NCBI GenBank assembly: GCA_043228905.1
Contig: JBHGNT010000009.1
Span: 21,762,001-21,826,000, forward strand
Direction: 5' to 3'
Length of the DNA: 64,000 nucleotides
DNA from: Azolla caroliniana
Lineage: Eukaryota; Plantae; Polypodiophyta
Within the stretch, counting starts at the first letter, position 1; each line of letters begins with the position of its first letter. Both the position numbers and the translations under genes were made by a program. The notes below the pieces were generated by a model. The model made no database searches. It was given only the letters and a program-made list of their open reading frames with translations, and was not told the origin of the DNA. Shown in pieces: positions 50,281 to 64,000 of this stretch.

Positions 50281-53200
50281 GTCACTTATATGCACTAGTG
50301 GACATGGTCACTCTTTCCCCCTCCTTGGGCTTCTACTTGACACCCAAGCTTTCACCCTTCAAGCTTCACAAACTTGAGTTGCAAATCCTTCATTCCCTTT
50401 ATCAACGCATTGATTGTTGACTCTAGCTCTTTTCCTTTGCCAGCATCTCTACGTTGAAGCAGCCCTCCGCCATTTCCTTTTATCAGAGACTCCAATTCGT
50501 CAATGTTTCATGTCAGGTTCACCAAATTATATGTCATAGAACTCGTGATACCTACTTTCTCCATCACTCCCATGTTGATTTCATCACCAATGTTTTTTAG
50601 GCTACAACTGTATTGTGAAGTAGGAAGACTTTACAATGCAAATCCACAAACCGATAAATGCATATGACTTTCATGTTACTAAAATAATATTAAGCTTGAA
50701 TAGTATTAACAAGGTATATAATTATACAAGCCATATTTGTAATGTATGTAAAGATTATATTAATGATTTAGAATAAAACATTATGATAATTATGTTCAAA
50801 ATGTTTATATATAAAGAGGTGAATGAAGCAAAGATGTAACATGTGGACCAAATAATATTTAAACCTTTGACAACCAGATTCAAAAGAAAAGGTGTACCAT
50901 TTAGCTTGCAATCATTATATGGATTTAAATTTGAACTTGTGCTTATATAGAATTTGCCAACACATGTGAGAGCCTCCCTAAAACAGAATTGCCAAGTGAT
51001 GCACCACATGTGCACCACAAGGCACACAATGTGAGGTAAAACATATGGAGAGATATCAACATATTGACTTATATTGAGTCAACATTATAAATAGCTGAGA
51101 TAAAAAGAATAGCTCGACGATTGTGGTGCTCATTTTTCAACAAAAGGGCGGAGATTTGAGTCTTATCTTGGCATGACGATTTTATCTTATGTAACATTTG
51201 TTATTGTTAAATGTTCTTCTCCCAAACAACCTACAAGGTGTACATTAGTTTTGGTCTCTCATTGGTTGTGTTGCCTCTTTAATAAATTTCTTCTTATTCT
51301 TCTTACAAGAGGATCCCACGATTGTGGTCTTCTAGAAGACCTTAAGCATGTTCTAAGAAAGAGACAAAATATTCTAACAATTTGGGTGACCCACACCCAA
51401 CCTATGAACCATATTAGGTTATTGTTAGCTTACTATAGAGTGTTAGAGAAGACCAACAAGAAGCGAGATGTGGATGTCCACTATAGTTTTTTTTTTGGCT
51501 CAACCTAAATATATAAATCAATAATAGTATGTACTATGTACAATGGAGAAAGATAGATGGATGGTTTGTGGGCCTATGTTTATTCTAGGTCGATGAGATT
51601 GTAATTTGTGCCTTTACAAGTAAATTATGTTACTTTAGAAGAGTTAACATAATATTGTAATCATGATAACATGCTCTAAATTTGAATAGCTTCATTATGA
51701 ATCCAACCAAGTGAGACTTCAACAAAATGGTTGCAATCATACCCATCATGGCTTCTCACATGTTTGCTTGATTCTCATAAATTTGGCCCCAAACCTTCAA
51801 TGAATTCATGCAATGTACTTTGTTGCTAATAAAGCTAGGTACTAGATGCTCTACATCCTCACTAACTTTTGCCGATGATTGTTTGAGCTTCAATTAAAAA
51901 TCCTTATGTTTCTTTTTTATATCAAATTGTTCTAAGCCCTATTAAAACAAAGGTGATACATATATCAAACTTGTAGGAACTTGTTCGCTTTTCTTGCACA
52001 TGTCCTAGGGAGTAAAAACAAAAGCAACAATGATTGTGAAACACAAAACGACATGTAAATTATAGTTGTAGGACATGTTGACGCCCAATAGTATTTGATG
52101 TGAAGATTCGATTTGTGATGGGTCTAACATTGCTCACAAGAAACGTTTATTTCTCAAGAAGAGAAAAGACACCCAAATGCTTCCTATCAATCGAGAAGTA
52201 GAATGCATGCTTTATTCAAAACGACCTTTTAATCAATATTGGAAAAACCAATAACCCGCTTGTCTGTTTATTCTAACAAACCACATTTTTGTGATCCTAT
52301 ACTGAAGATTACTACTTTCCATTCACATAATTTGAAATGTTACTCACATTCAATGTGAAATAGATTGATTAACCACTCGCTATTTACATAATTCGGTTTC
52401 TCAAATTAGACCATTGGTCTAACCTCCTACGCTTGATTGTTTATTGTACAAAATTCAAGGCTCTAGTTTCTAAGAAGCTTGCTCCGAGTGGTTTAAGGAC
52501 ATACACACATATGTATCATTATTTATACAACTCTATAAAACTTATTATCCTTAAATATCGTATATATAAATTCATTTCCTTTAAGGATCAAGACAAACTC
52601 TAGAACCAAGAGGTCAATGTTCCAGTGAGCCCGTCAAGTGTTGCATAAAGATTCTTGTGATATCTTGAGCACCAAAATCAAAGCATTTTATCGTACAAAC
52701 TATCACACATACAAAATTAATGTGAAGTGAGGGTTGTCATAAAAGTTTGTATACAATGGTACACAAGTTTGCTTTAATGACGACTTGGGTAGTTGCATTT
52801 CTTTTTGTTTACAAGGGGATGAAATGGGCTTTCATGCCAATGTGAAATGTACTTCACGATGAGTGGGTGTAATATAATCATTGGGAAAAGAGAGAGGTTG
52901 ATTCAAGCGGATGTTGTCAGGAAGAGATTATCAATCTCAACATTACTACTAGGAGCATTATTACACTAAAGTAATACTTTGAAGAAATGATCGCAAACTT
53001 GCCTCGAAAAGAGGACTAAGGAAAACTATAGGAATTCATGATGATGTGCTAGACTGACTATCTTCTATTTTATGTTATGTCAAAGGGATGTGGATAACAA
53101 GAAGCTTGCTTTAATCTTCACAATGGGTGAAATAAGCATGTGATCCCATACATAAAATAACTTGAATAAAAGTCAATCAACGTAATAAATATTAAAGACT

Positions 53201-55816
53201 CAATGGGTTGACACTTGCCATAAAGACGTGAGTTGAATACATGAGAATGGATGGTAACACCCGAATATTTTCACTTCAAGTCAATTGATGCAACAAAGCC
53301 TTGATGGATGAAGTGTACAATGTGAATTGGCACATAAGAGACTTTCCATTAGGGCAAGGTACAAGAAATACTCAATGAATTTGGTGTGTTACCGTGAAGT
53401 GATATCAAAGCGGACATTACATACTAAAGCACAATGTGAAAGCTTTGCCTCTATGGTTACTACTTCAAGATGAGAGGGCTGGAGCGGGTGGGGAATGTGC
53501 AAGTCCACCATCACATTATCTAAGACTTTAGATCTCTATTCACCATATTGAAGTTCAAATCTTCATACAAATAATGGTGCAATGGTTATACCGTGTGGTT
53601 TACAACATTAAAGTTGTGGATTTGTAGAGTCTCAAGCAATGTTGTGTTCAATACCCCTAAATCGAGTTTTTGATTGATCATCCACATTACTTGCATGTTT
53701 GCTCATAACAAGCTTTGATACATACAACATAGCTATTGACAGAACCGCCATAGTATCGAGAATGAAAACAAGAGCATAGAATGCATTTGCAACATCGGTC
53801 TTGACACGTTTTATATCATTCAAAAAGATCGGCAACAAAAATGGTTTTTCTAGGTGAGGGATCCGAACGATTATGGGCAGGAGAAAAGAGGATGTGAGCA
53901 TAGAAAGTGTAGTTTGTAGCACCCTAGTGTACTCTGATGCTATTGACTTGGATCACCCAAATCATGTGAGGGATTGTCACTCATGACCATGAATGGGTAG
54001 GAAGATATCATATATGTATATCTGCTTGACAAAATGGGAATATATGATTGCAAAAGCCAAGCTCAGAACTTCTTTAGCAAGCTAGGTCTAAAAATACAAT
54101 AATAATAATAAAAATAAATAAAATAGAAGATAAGATAGTGGGACTAGATTAGTTAGTTAAACTATATGTAGTTGGAAGGAAACCAGGGGTGAGTTAGTTG
54201 GACTGGGGGTCAATTTATAAAATGTATATTAAGAAAACAAAAAGGAAGAATAAGACATAAGAAAATGCAATAATTATAACAGAGAACATTTAATGCAGAG
54301 CCCTGAGCTTCTTCTTTTTTACATTTAAAAAGAAAAACAAGATGTATGTACATATGTATATGAAAGATAAAACTAAAAAAACAAAAACAAAAGTGAGCGA
54401 AAATCAATAGCTAAATGAGAAAATTAATTAAAGTAAGCAAAATAGCTAAATGAAAAAAACTAATTAATTAAGCAGAATAGCGTAACGCTAGGTTTAGGGC
54501 GGGTGTCAGGGGGGGGGGGGGAGGTGGAGATAGATAAAAGTAAATAAATAAAAACTAAAACTAAAACTAAAATAAATGTTAATTTTAATTTAAAAGAAAA
54601 ACGAAAATACAAAATAGATATATGTATACAATCAAAATAAAAAGAGCAAAATAAAATAAATAAAAATTAGATTGATAAAGATAGGGCGGTAATAGATCTC
54701 TCTGTTGAGGAGGGGGGGTGGAGGCGGAGATAGCGGCGTTTCACATGCTTCCACCAAACTGTGCTTTGCCAGAACGCGCACACACACACACACACACACA
54801 CACGCAGAAAAATCCTGAGACCCCCCCAGAAAATCGTACTTTTTTTTTCAACATGCTTATTACTTTATTTTATTTTCCCTTAATAAATAAACACGTTCTT
54901 TTCCCTTTTATTTGGTCTATTTTTATTTGGTCTATTTTTATTTTTGGGCTGCTGTTTTTATTACCAACGCTTTTTTGCTTTTTTTCTTGGAGAGAAAAAA
55001 AAATCACAATGCCAAAAAACAAAACCCAGATCTCCACGTCAACCCCGCCGCGCACCGTTAACTTGGCCGTTAAGCAGCCGCCTTTTTTTGTGAAGATTTC
55101 TCTCTCTCTCTCTCTCTTTGGGTTTTCTGCCGCCAGGCGCCGTCAAGTACAGCAGATCAGACACGCTTCCATAAATACAGCTGAACGAATGATTACCTCT
55201 CTCTGGTGTCACTCTCATAGTGCCTAGATCATCGCGGCCGTCCGTTTGCTCTCTCTCTCTCTCTCTCCCCCGGCTGCACGGACGGCTGTGATTCGACTGG
55301 CCGGCCTTTTAGAATGGTCCGAACGATGGATGGAGCAAAAAGTAACGGCGCTGAGAATTTTGTGTGTGTGGGTTGAGTGCGGGGCGGTAAAGCTCTTAGA
55401 AAAAAGAAAGTAAATAGGATAAATATTATTATTGGAAAATCGGATAAATTGCGGCCGAGTGAAAATAGTTAAAACAAAGTTTTTTTTAAAATTCCCGCAG
55501 TAATAATTAATGCTGCCGGGAAATGGGTGCGTGTGCGGAAGGCCGACTTAAATTGGCCCGGGGAGGGAGGGGCCGCCTTTCGTATTTTAATATTTCATTT
55601 CATTTAATTATTTTTTAAGTAATTGACTCGTTTTATTCTCTCTCTCTATCTCTCTGGCGCAAAAACAAATCTAATGGTTTCGATTTTCTGAAACTGTTTT
55701 TTGGGTTTGTTTTATTTTGTTTGTTTGTTTTTCCCAGGGATTTTTAAAAAAAAAACAAAACAGAAGAAAATAGAAATAAAATACATAAATTTAGATAAAA
55801 TGGAGGAGCCCACACT

Positions 55817-55823
55817 TATAAAT
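55817..55823 (+). promoter_or_regulatory. Candidate TATA box of CYP78A
   Basis: TATAAAT ~310 bp upstream of the ATG, followed by a CT-rich 5' UTR-like tract. Confidence 0.45.
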
Positions 55824-56126
55824 TACGAAGAAATTGAGGATTACAGAAATTAGCTCCAAACACCACCACCATACATACATACACACTTCTACTCTCTCTG
55901 TGTTTTCTTCTTCTTTCTTTCTTTCTGCTACTGCTCAGCTCCTTCCCTTTTTTTTCTCTCTATTTCTGCAATCCCTCTCTAAACTTGTAGTAAGCCTTCC
56001 TTCCTTTTCTCCTCCATTTTTATCCACCCCCTTCCTTTTTCCTACTACTTAAAAAGCAAGCCCCCACATCTGCAGACACCGACCTTATCACTGATCTCTT
56101 CTTCTATACCGTCCTTCCTTCCTACC

Positions 56127-58175
56127 ATGGATCCTTCCTCGGCTTCCTCTCCTTCACCTTCCTCCTCCTCATCGCCTATGTCCACTTCCTCCTCCCCGGC
56201 CATCCACCTCCTCCTGCTCCTCCTCTCTCGCCTCTCCCCCGGCGGCGGCGGAGCCATCTCGCCGCTCCATGCCGCCGCCCTAATCGCCGTCTGCGCCGCC
56301 GCCACCGTGGTGGCCTGCTGGTGGCACCCCGGCGGCCCGGCGTGGGGCAAGGCCAGAAGCGCCGCCGCCGACAAGGCCATCCGGGGGCCCCGCGGGTGGC
56401 CCGTGCTGGGCAGCCTCCTGGAGCTCATGGGCGAGCGCCCCCACGTCGCCCTGGCCGGCCTAGCCCGTGCCCACGGCGCCACCGCCCTTATGGCCTTCAG
56501 CCTCGGTAACACCCGCGTCGTCCTCACCTCCGTCCCTTCCGTCGCCCGTGAGCTCCTCAACAGCACCTCCTTCGCCGACCGCCCCATCAAACAGTCGGCC
56601 AAGCTCCTCCTCTTCCACCGCGCCATCGGCTTCGCCCCCTACGGCGACTACTGGCGCAAGCTCCGCCGCATCGCCGCCACCCACCTCTTCTCGCCCAAGC
56701 GCCTCTCCGCCCTTGAGCCCCACCGCCAGTACGAAACCGCCCAACTCCTCCGATCCATCCATGACTCCGCCCTCCGATCCCAGGGCGGCGTGGTTCGAGT
56801 CCGCCCACTGCTCCAGGCAGCCTCGATGAACAACATCATGAAGAGCGTCTTTGGCCGGCGTTACGACCTTCTAACTGCCGGGCCTCTTGGGCAGCAGGAG
56901 CTCCACCCGGAAGCGGCGCAGCTGCAGAGGATGACTCGTGAAGGCTTCGAGCTTCTAGGCGCCTTCAATTGGAGCGACCACCTGCCGCTGTTGAAATGGT
57001 TTGATTTCCAAGGTGTCCATAGCAGGTGCCAGAAGCTGGTGGCCGAGGTGCAGGTGTTCGTGCAGAAGATCATAGACGAGCATCGCCAGGAGGCGGCGCT
57101 GGCTCGCAATGGCGGAGAGAAGGCGGCAGAAGATTCGGACTTTGTGGACGTGCTTCTGTCTCTGCAGGAGCAAGAGAAGCTCACCGACACAGACATGATA
57201 GCGATCCTCTGGGTAAGAAAATCCGTCGATCAATCCAAATCTGTCTGCATGATTGATGGTCTGGCATGAATGCATGCATGGTGAGTGTATGAAATCAGAT
57301 GCATGCATGAGGTCCTGCATGGCGTGTCTGCGAGGAAGCCATGCATGCATGCATGCAAGAAGGTGTGCATGGAGTGTAATTGTATTCGCACGTGCCTCTC
57401 ATTTGGCGCACGTGCGATGGAATGATTGCAGGCGCGTAACAATATTCTGCTCCTTTTCAGCAAGGAATTCAATTGTTATTTTTGTATAGATTATTTTTAT
57501 TAATTCGATTTTCTATATTTTTCGTTTTTGGGTGGGATGGTGCAGGAGATGATATTCCGCGGGACGGACACGTCAGCGATCCTGATGGAGTGGGTGCTGG
57601 CGGAGATGGTGAGGAACCCGCACGTGCAGGCACGTGCGCAGGCCGAGCTGGACGCCGTGGTGGGGCCGGGCCGCCGCGTCAGCGAGTCCGACGTGGCGAG
57701 CCTGCCCTACGTGGCGGCCATCGTAAAGGAGACCCTGCGGATGCACCCGCCTGGGCCGCTCCTCTCGTGGGCCCGCTTGGCCACGTCGGACGTTGACCTG
57801 GCCGGCCACCACGTGCCGGCTGGGACAACAGCCATGGTCAACATGTGGGCCATCACACACGACGCGGACGTGTGGCCGGAGCCCGCCGCTTTTAGGCCGG
57901 AGAGATTCATTGAAGATGACGTGGACGTCCGGGGCGGGGACTTGCGGCTGGCACCCTTCGGGGCGGGGCGGCGTGTGTGCCCAGGCCGGGCGCTCGGCAT
58001 GGCCACGGTCAACCTCTGGACCGCCCGGCTGCTCCACCACTTCGAGTGGTCGGCCCCCGAGGGCTGCTTGCCCGGGAGCGTGGACACGGCCGAGGTCCTT
58101 AAGCTCTCATGTGAAATGAAGACCCCACTCGCAGTCCGCCCCAAGGCCCGCATCCCGCTCCCCTTCTCTGCATAA
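56127..58175 (+). CDS. CYP78A: Cytochrome P450 CYP78A (KLUH/PLASTOCHRON1-like); exons 56127-57212 and 57546-58175, ~571 aa
   Basis: Family signatures [42 protein letters not shown]|[44 protein letters not shown]; phase-0 GT..AG intron 57213-57545; no disablements. Confidence 0.95.
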
Positions 58176-58930
58176 GATGGCTCCTCCCTGGGCGCCATAG
58201 CCGATCAATCGATTAGTAAAGAGCTCAAGGGCCGATTAATATTAGAGTGTGCTACCCCGATTTTTGCGATTCTTGGGGAAAGCTGGATCGGAACCTCGAG
58301 TCGTATTTAAAAGAACAAAAAAACATTAACGAAAGCGGAAATGGCGAAGTAAAAATTGGCGTATAAGATGAATGTAGAATTGGGTTCATTGATTTGATGG
58401 ATTTTTTTTTTTGTTGGAGTGGGGAACCCTAATAGTAGTTATTTGATTGGGTCTCCCTGCAATTTTGATACACAATTTTTGATAGGGTAATCACTTGAGG
58501 GGATTACTATAATTTTAGGTCTTCTTCTTCTTCTTCTTCTTCCTTCTCAACCTAATATACTTCTACAATATTTTTTTCATGAGATCAGGTGCTCTCTTAA
58601 TCTCTTCTTTTTCTTTCTTTCTTCTACCCTTTTTTGTTGATTCCTTTGTAGGAGAGGTTTTGGGCTTCTTTGGTCTCTCCTTTTAGGTAATGCTTCCTTG
58701 AATAGCTCACAATTTTCTATACACAAAACTGGCTTTGTGATGATACCCATATGTATCTAAAGAAAAAACATTTCATTGTCAATGTAAAGGAAAAATGTTC
58801 TTCTATAATCTTTGTAAGATTCGACCTTCTACAAAGTCAATTGGTGGAGTCTTTGACATTGGTGCTTTTAATCGTCAATTGTTCTGTTTTAGTCGAGTTT
58901 GCAATGAATCAATGTCAGCATGATACACTT

Positions 58931-59052
58931 GTATCATATATAGCTGATACACACATATCAGAGAAAGTATCATATATAGCTGATACAAACACATATCAGA
59001 GAAAGTATCATATATAGCTGATACACACATATCAGAGAAAGTATGATATATA
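58931..59052. repeat. Minisatellite, ~3.3 x 36-38 bp
   Basis: GTATCATATATAGCTGATACACACATATCAGAGAAA at 58931, 58967 and 59005. Confidence 0.85.
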
Positions 59053-59628
59053 GTTTGTTGCCATTGTACAATGTTTTTTTCTTGTGTATAGCTCTTAGGG
59101 TTTTTAGTTGGTATGCTAAGCATTCACTAGCACTCAATTAGAGTTTGTGTGGGTCTTTGTTTCTCCTAATGTTGTCGTGCATCAACATTGGTCCCAATTG
59201 ACCTAACATGATAATCATTTTCATTTTGCACATGAATTCCTCCAAAGGCTTTAGTTGGTAGCCTTATTAGCAAAGTTTTGATGTAAAATGCAAAGTTAAC
59301 ATCTTGCATTGAAGTGAATGTGCTCTCATTGTTTCTAATCATGGGAGTGTGGGGACACATTAATAATTTCTTTTTGTAACACAATCGTCTTATTCATGCT
59401 CGATTCTAATCATGGGAGTGTAGGGACACATACTAATAATTTCTTTTTTATAACACAATTGTCTTATTCATGCTTGCAAAAGACAAAGGAATGTTATAAC
59501 TACTTTATGACCTTTATCTATATTTTGGGAAATAATAACCTGAATTTCCATACTCAAATATACCTCTCACAATCAATCCAATATTTGTACAAATGCCCAA
59601 ATGTTCTACATTAAAAGTGAGTTTTTTT

Positions 59629-61154
59629 CTACAATCCATTTATGACCAGTATACGTGAGTACTTGAATTGCGTTATTTTGTGTTGTTGTCTCAGTGTCTC
59701 GCAATTCAGAGACTTCGATCCTATCTGGTGTTCCCCTACCTCTCGGGATCAAAGATCCCTCCTCGTGGCCTATCCTTTTTTCCATTGTCGTCCTTTGAGT
59801 AGCAGTTTCCCTAATCAGTAGAGCATTAATGATTTTTTATCTCATAGTCCATCCGCCCATGATTCCATGGAGTATGTTGGCTTGATCTTGTAGTGGCAGT
59901 GACATAAACCATCGCCAACATTCTATACTTTTCCTGGGCCTTCTACAATGTATCCCCATGACAACCTTACATGATCCCAGTAGTTGATTAGATTCATCCT
60001 TGATATATGGGTTCCATAGGATACGTTGACTGAGCCAGGCAGGTTTGAAACTCGGTTGATCGCACTTAAGCCCTCGTCTAATGTCACACCATGCCTTCCA
60101 CATGGATGCACTGAATGTATCTTCCAATTGGCGGAAGAAACTAGGTTTGAGATCCAATCAAAGTACAACCCGATTGGCACATATGTACTCATGAAAACAC
60201 ATGGCTAGTAAGGTCAGTTGGGACCCTTTGCAATGGACATGGCGTGATCCTTACGCGGGGCAAGGAAGCAAACCCATCCCTTTCTTCCAATTCACAACGA
60301 GATTGGGTCGCCACATTCTAACTACTCAAACCGCTCGAGAGCCGGCTGTTGCGAAGGTCTGGCACACATTTCAAGTTCCTCCCACAATTATCACCAGGTT
60401 TTAGCAGAAAATCTGGAAACAACAACACGCGAGGCGAATTACCACGTTCCAATGGCTATTAATACATAAGTCCCTACCGGTGGGAGCATGGCAACGTGGG
60501 AACCTTAGCTCTCCTTATTGTGTAGAGTGCCCAAATGTTGTAGAATCAATACAACACGCTCTGTGGGATTGCCCAACGTCCCATCGAATATGGCGAGGGG
60601 TTGGCCGCTTGTTGCAATTATGCCAGGCGCAAGGCTACATCAAGTGGGGAAATATATTGGCTATCATGTCAGACCCCAGTTGGCATATACAAGCATCAGG
60701 AGGAGGGGATGACTTTGGTGGTAAAAGCACAAGAGGTTGTTTTCGCCACCAACGGCAATGTCCACTCAACTCCTCTTAATGACAAATCTCAAGCTATGTT
60801 GGAATTGGTCAGCCCAATAACTCTTTGGATTCTATGGAAACAATAGTATAGACGGGTCTTGTCCAACCAAACCGCGCATCCAACAAGGTTACTACAAGAG
60901 ATATGGAGTGAAATTGTAGCCACTCTAAAGAGCCAATATGATGGCCTCAAGGGCGGCTGCGATGGAGTTGAAAATCAACAAATAACCTTCATCCAACAAT
61001 GGTTGTCCTCTCCCTTTCTTGAGTCAGTGGGCATTCACATGGGATCCACATAAGATGGAACTATCGCGTCCCTACAGGGATTTGTACATAATCGTCTCAT
61101 TTGTAAAATTATATAACTAATGGAAGGAGTTGTTTTTTGGAAAAAAAATAAAAA
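59629..61154 (+). mobile_element. 5'-truncated and 5'-inverted L1-type LINE with A-rich tail and 17-bp TSD
   Basis: zf-RVT-like WLLIHKSLPVG...CVECPNVVESIQHALWDCP...IW and LWILWK on +; WKAW...ILWNPYI on - (59837-60157); tail at 61141-61154; TAAAAGTGAGTTTTTTT at 59612-59628 and 61155-61171. Confidence 0.85.
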
Positions 61155-63819
61155 TAAAAGTGAGTTTTTTTTTTGCCCTAACACTACCATGCCAAGCTAA
61201 AGATGTTGTGTACAAAACCATCCATTTTGTATCTCGAAACACATATGTTTGTAATGGTCCTCGATTCAAATTATAGTATGACTTGAACAAAAAATTATTG
61301 ATTTTGTATGCACGACCAAAAGTTAACCTTGACCCTCAATTTTATGTTTTCTTTCTTTAGAATGAATGAGGGGATCAAACCATGTTCGGTAATCATCCAT
61401 TCACATTAAGCAAATACACATTGAAGTAAAGACTACTTTGTATTATGTTATGCCAAGGTTTGATAAGTGATCTACACAATTATGCATGGCCATGTTATTG
61501 AATAATGTAGAAGCTAAATAGCTCTCAATTCCCAAGCTTTTATACAATATCCAATTCAATTAACCATATATTATCACAATTGTGTAGAGAATGCGGAAGT
61601 TTACTCATCCATTTTTTGAGGCCGGTATTATGATGCCACCTAGGTCTTATTCCCTACTCCAACAATTGGGGTCTTTTTGACATAGTTTAGCTACACCATG
61701 AGTGATTTCAAATTAAGAGTTGGCACACAACGTACTAATTTGACATTGTGTCATGACAGTAAGTTTTTCTAGTGCAACATGAATTGGCTTACATTTTAGG
61801 TATGAAAAATTGTGTTGTCACAACACATAATATGCGAGTATAATTGTTTATGTTCTTTCACCCTATTATGTTGGTTCATATATTCCCTACACATGAAATC
61901 TTTCATGACTATTACATGCAATTTCACTTTGGGCCTTCACGATATATCATGAAATACAATCCCTTGATTGCTAATATTAACATCCACATTGGCCCCAAAC
62001 ACTCTAAATTCATTTTCCTCCCAATCATAAAAATGGTGAAGTGTTAGACACATACACTCATAAAAAGAGATTACGCAATCATACTAATCACACCTCGATC
62101 AAGTATGAGAGTGACTAGAGTTTGACTAAATAACACTTCACACTAATCACTCACTTCACAAGTATGAGAGAGAGAGAGGTGTTAGAAATATTGAGAATCG
62201 ATAGATAGGTATATAGAGTTACAACCACAAAGGTGGATATATGAAAATAAAACTTCTATTACATATGAGAGTAGCTCACATTGGTAGTTCACCCATGTGC
62301 TCACACCTTAGAGCTTCGATGGGATCTAGACCAACTCATGACAAAATTAGTGCGGACTGATAATCAATCCAAACATTGTGTGAGAAAGTGGATATTCTAT
62401 GTTTGGTCTGAGTATAGCATTAAATATGCAAGTCAGTTTATTGTAGTGGAGATATTCCATTTCTATCAACTAACTTGTCATTTATTATGACCCAACTCCT
62501 TAGATACAGGCTAGTGCTAGATAGTACTTATCTTGAAGTCAATGGCACATACTTCAAGAAAGTACATCGTAACTTGCCCACAAAATATTCTAGTTGACTT
62601 GATTAGCCAATCCTATTAGCCTACTTCGCTTCCTAAATACATTGTGTCCTACGTATCTATGGTTTCCTAGATTGACACCTTATCGACCCATATGGTCGAG
62701 TTGCACACTAGCTGCTCCTCATTTTGGGCGTTATCACAACATGTGCACTCTAAGAGCACATATGGGGATAGATTTACAACTTGGGGCTGATCATTAATTA
62801 TATCTAACAAGAGGGCTCTAGCTTATACCACAAAAGGATGAAAACTCAAGAATGAAGAAGAAGAGCTATAAAGGCACAAAAGTAACTTTTATAGCACTTT
62901 TACAAAACAGTTCTCTTGCTTCACATTGGAGTGGCCAATAGGCTTAAAGAGCTGGAACTACTTTATTGTGTTCTCCTTCTCTTGGTCTCACGCTTGGCCA
63001 TTAGAACTATTGCCAATGTCTTCATGGGCCATGCTACGTATGACATTTACTTAACATGGCACATTAGAGAAAGAAAGAAGGAAAGAAATATATATTAACG
63101 TCTTCTAAGACCAAATTTGGCAAAACATTTGGTCAATCTAGTGTGAAGATTCAAGCCCAAGTAGGGACTTAGAGCTTGACAAAAAAGTGAGTTGTGCTTT
63201 TACAGTTAATCCTTTTGGAGTGTTGTAGAACAAGTATCAGAGACAAAAGGAGAGAACTCTCATTAATGACCTTGTACCTACTATTGTGAATCGTGAAGCC
63301 ACCATCTTGGATATTGTTTATTCAATCCATACATTGTCTCAATGTCTTTGAGTGTTGTGTTGTAAACGTGATCTTGTTATTATTAATTCTCAATCCTTTA
63401 GTTGTAGTTTATAATCTTTAGGACTTTAGGGATGCCTCAAGTGGTATCAATGAGTGGCTCATCACACATGGAAGCACTTAAGGAACTTCTTGACTTTAGT
63501 AAGATTTTAGAGTTTTGGCAATTTCAAGCTAAAAATTATGCTTAGAAAAAGGAATTGTTGATGGATTTTTAAAAATGATCAAGGATTCCTCGAAAACAAA
63601 ATCAAAATCAAAATGTTTGATTTAGAGGAGGTAATGGAAACAAGTCAACAAGAAGAGATCAACTTCTAGTTCTTAGTAGTAGATTGTCAAAGGTTGAAGA
63701 AGATATGGAAGAAGTTATGTGGCACATGCAAGAAAAACGCCACATGATCAAGATCTACTTGATTCCAAAGTCTTATTAGATTTGAATGTGTTGCTCTCGT
63801 GGCCAACCACAACCAATTA

Positions 63820-64000
63820 CCGTTCGTATATTCGTGTGCAAGAAGTAACGCTTAGACAAAAACCGAAGAACAGAATAACTAAAAAAACAGAGAACACATA
63901 GATTTTACCGTGGAAAACCCAAACTAGGAAAAACCACGTGGAGTCCACTTGCTCCGAAACAGATCATTGTGATGATGAGGGGGGTACAACAAGATACTCA
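63820..64000 (-). mobile_element. Probable start of a Copia-type LTR (runs off the window)
   Basis: GTGGAAAACCC...GGAAAAACCACG motif shared with LTR 48122-48609. Confidence 0.45.

Noticed and set aside
51500-53950. Possible decayed DNA transposon or RT fragment (DVANAF-like motif in ORF 53632-53922)
   Set aside because: Only one short motif, frequent stops, and no termini or TSD found.
20224-58175. Two P450s as a biosynthetic gene cluster
   Set aside because: One is a pseudogene and the other a conserved developmental CYP78A; they are 34 kb apart with no other enzymes in the window.

Overview
Eukaryotic, almost certainly land-plant DNA; the TE lineages suggest a non-seed plant, but this is inferred. 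Bases ~1-50,300 are a deeply nested stack of decayed Ty1/Copia and Ty3/Gypsy LTR retrotransposons with one CYP71-clan P450 pseudogene (20224-21794). The right end is AT-rich and holds an intact two-exon CYP78A gene (56127-58175) and a 5'-inverted L1 with a 17-bp TSD. The main system of interest is a tRNA-Trp-primed Ty3/Gypsy family with TGTCG...CGACA LTR ends. (i) Every readable insertion sits at a 4-bp NCGN target, i.e. centred on CpG. (ii) RT is apparently expressed by a -1 frameshift after the protease, at GGATTTT followed by a predicted pseudoknot. (iii) A covarying hairpin with a CCGG loop sits just before the PPT. (iv) Three distinct non-autonomous Gag-only derivatives carry an acidic repeat domain where the zinc knuckle would be. 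All calls were made by eye, without alignment or database searches.
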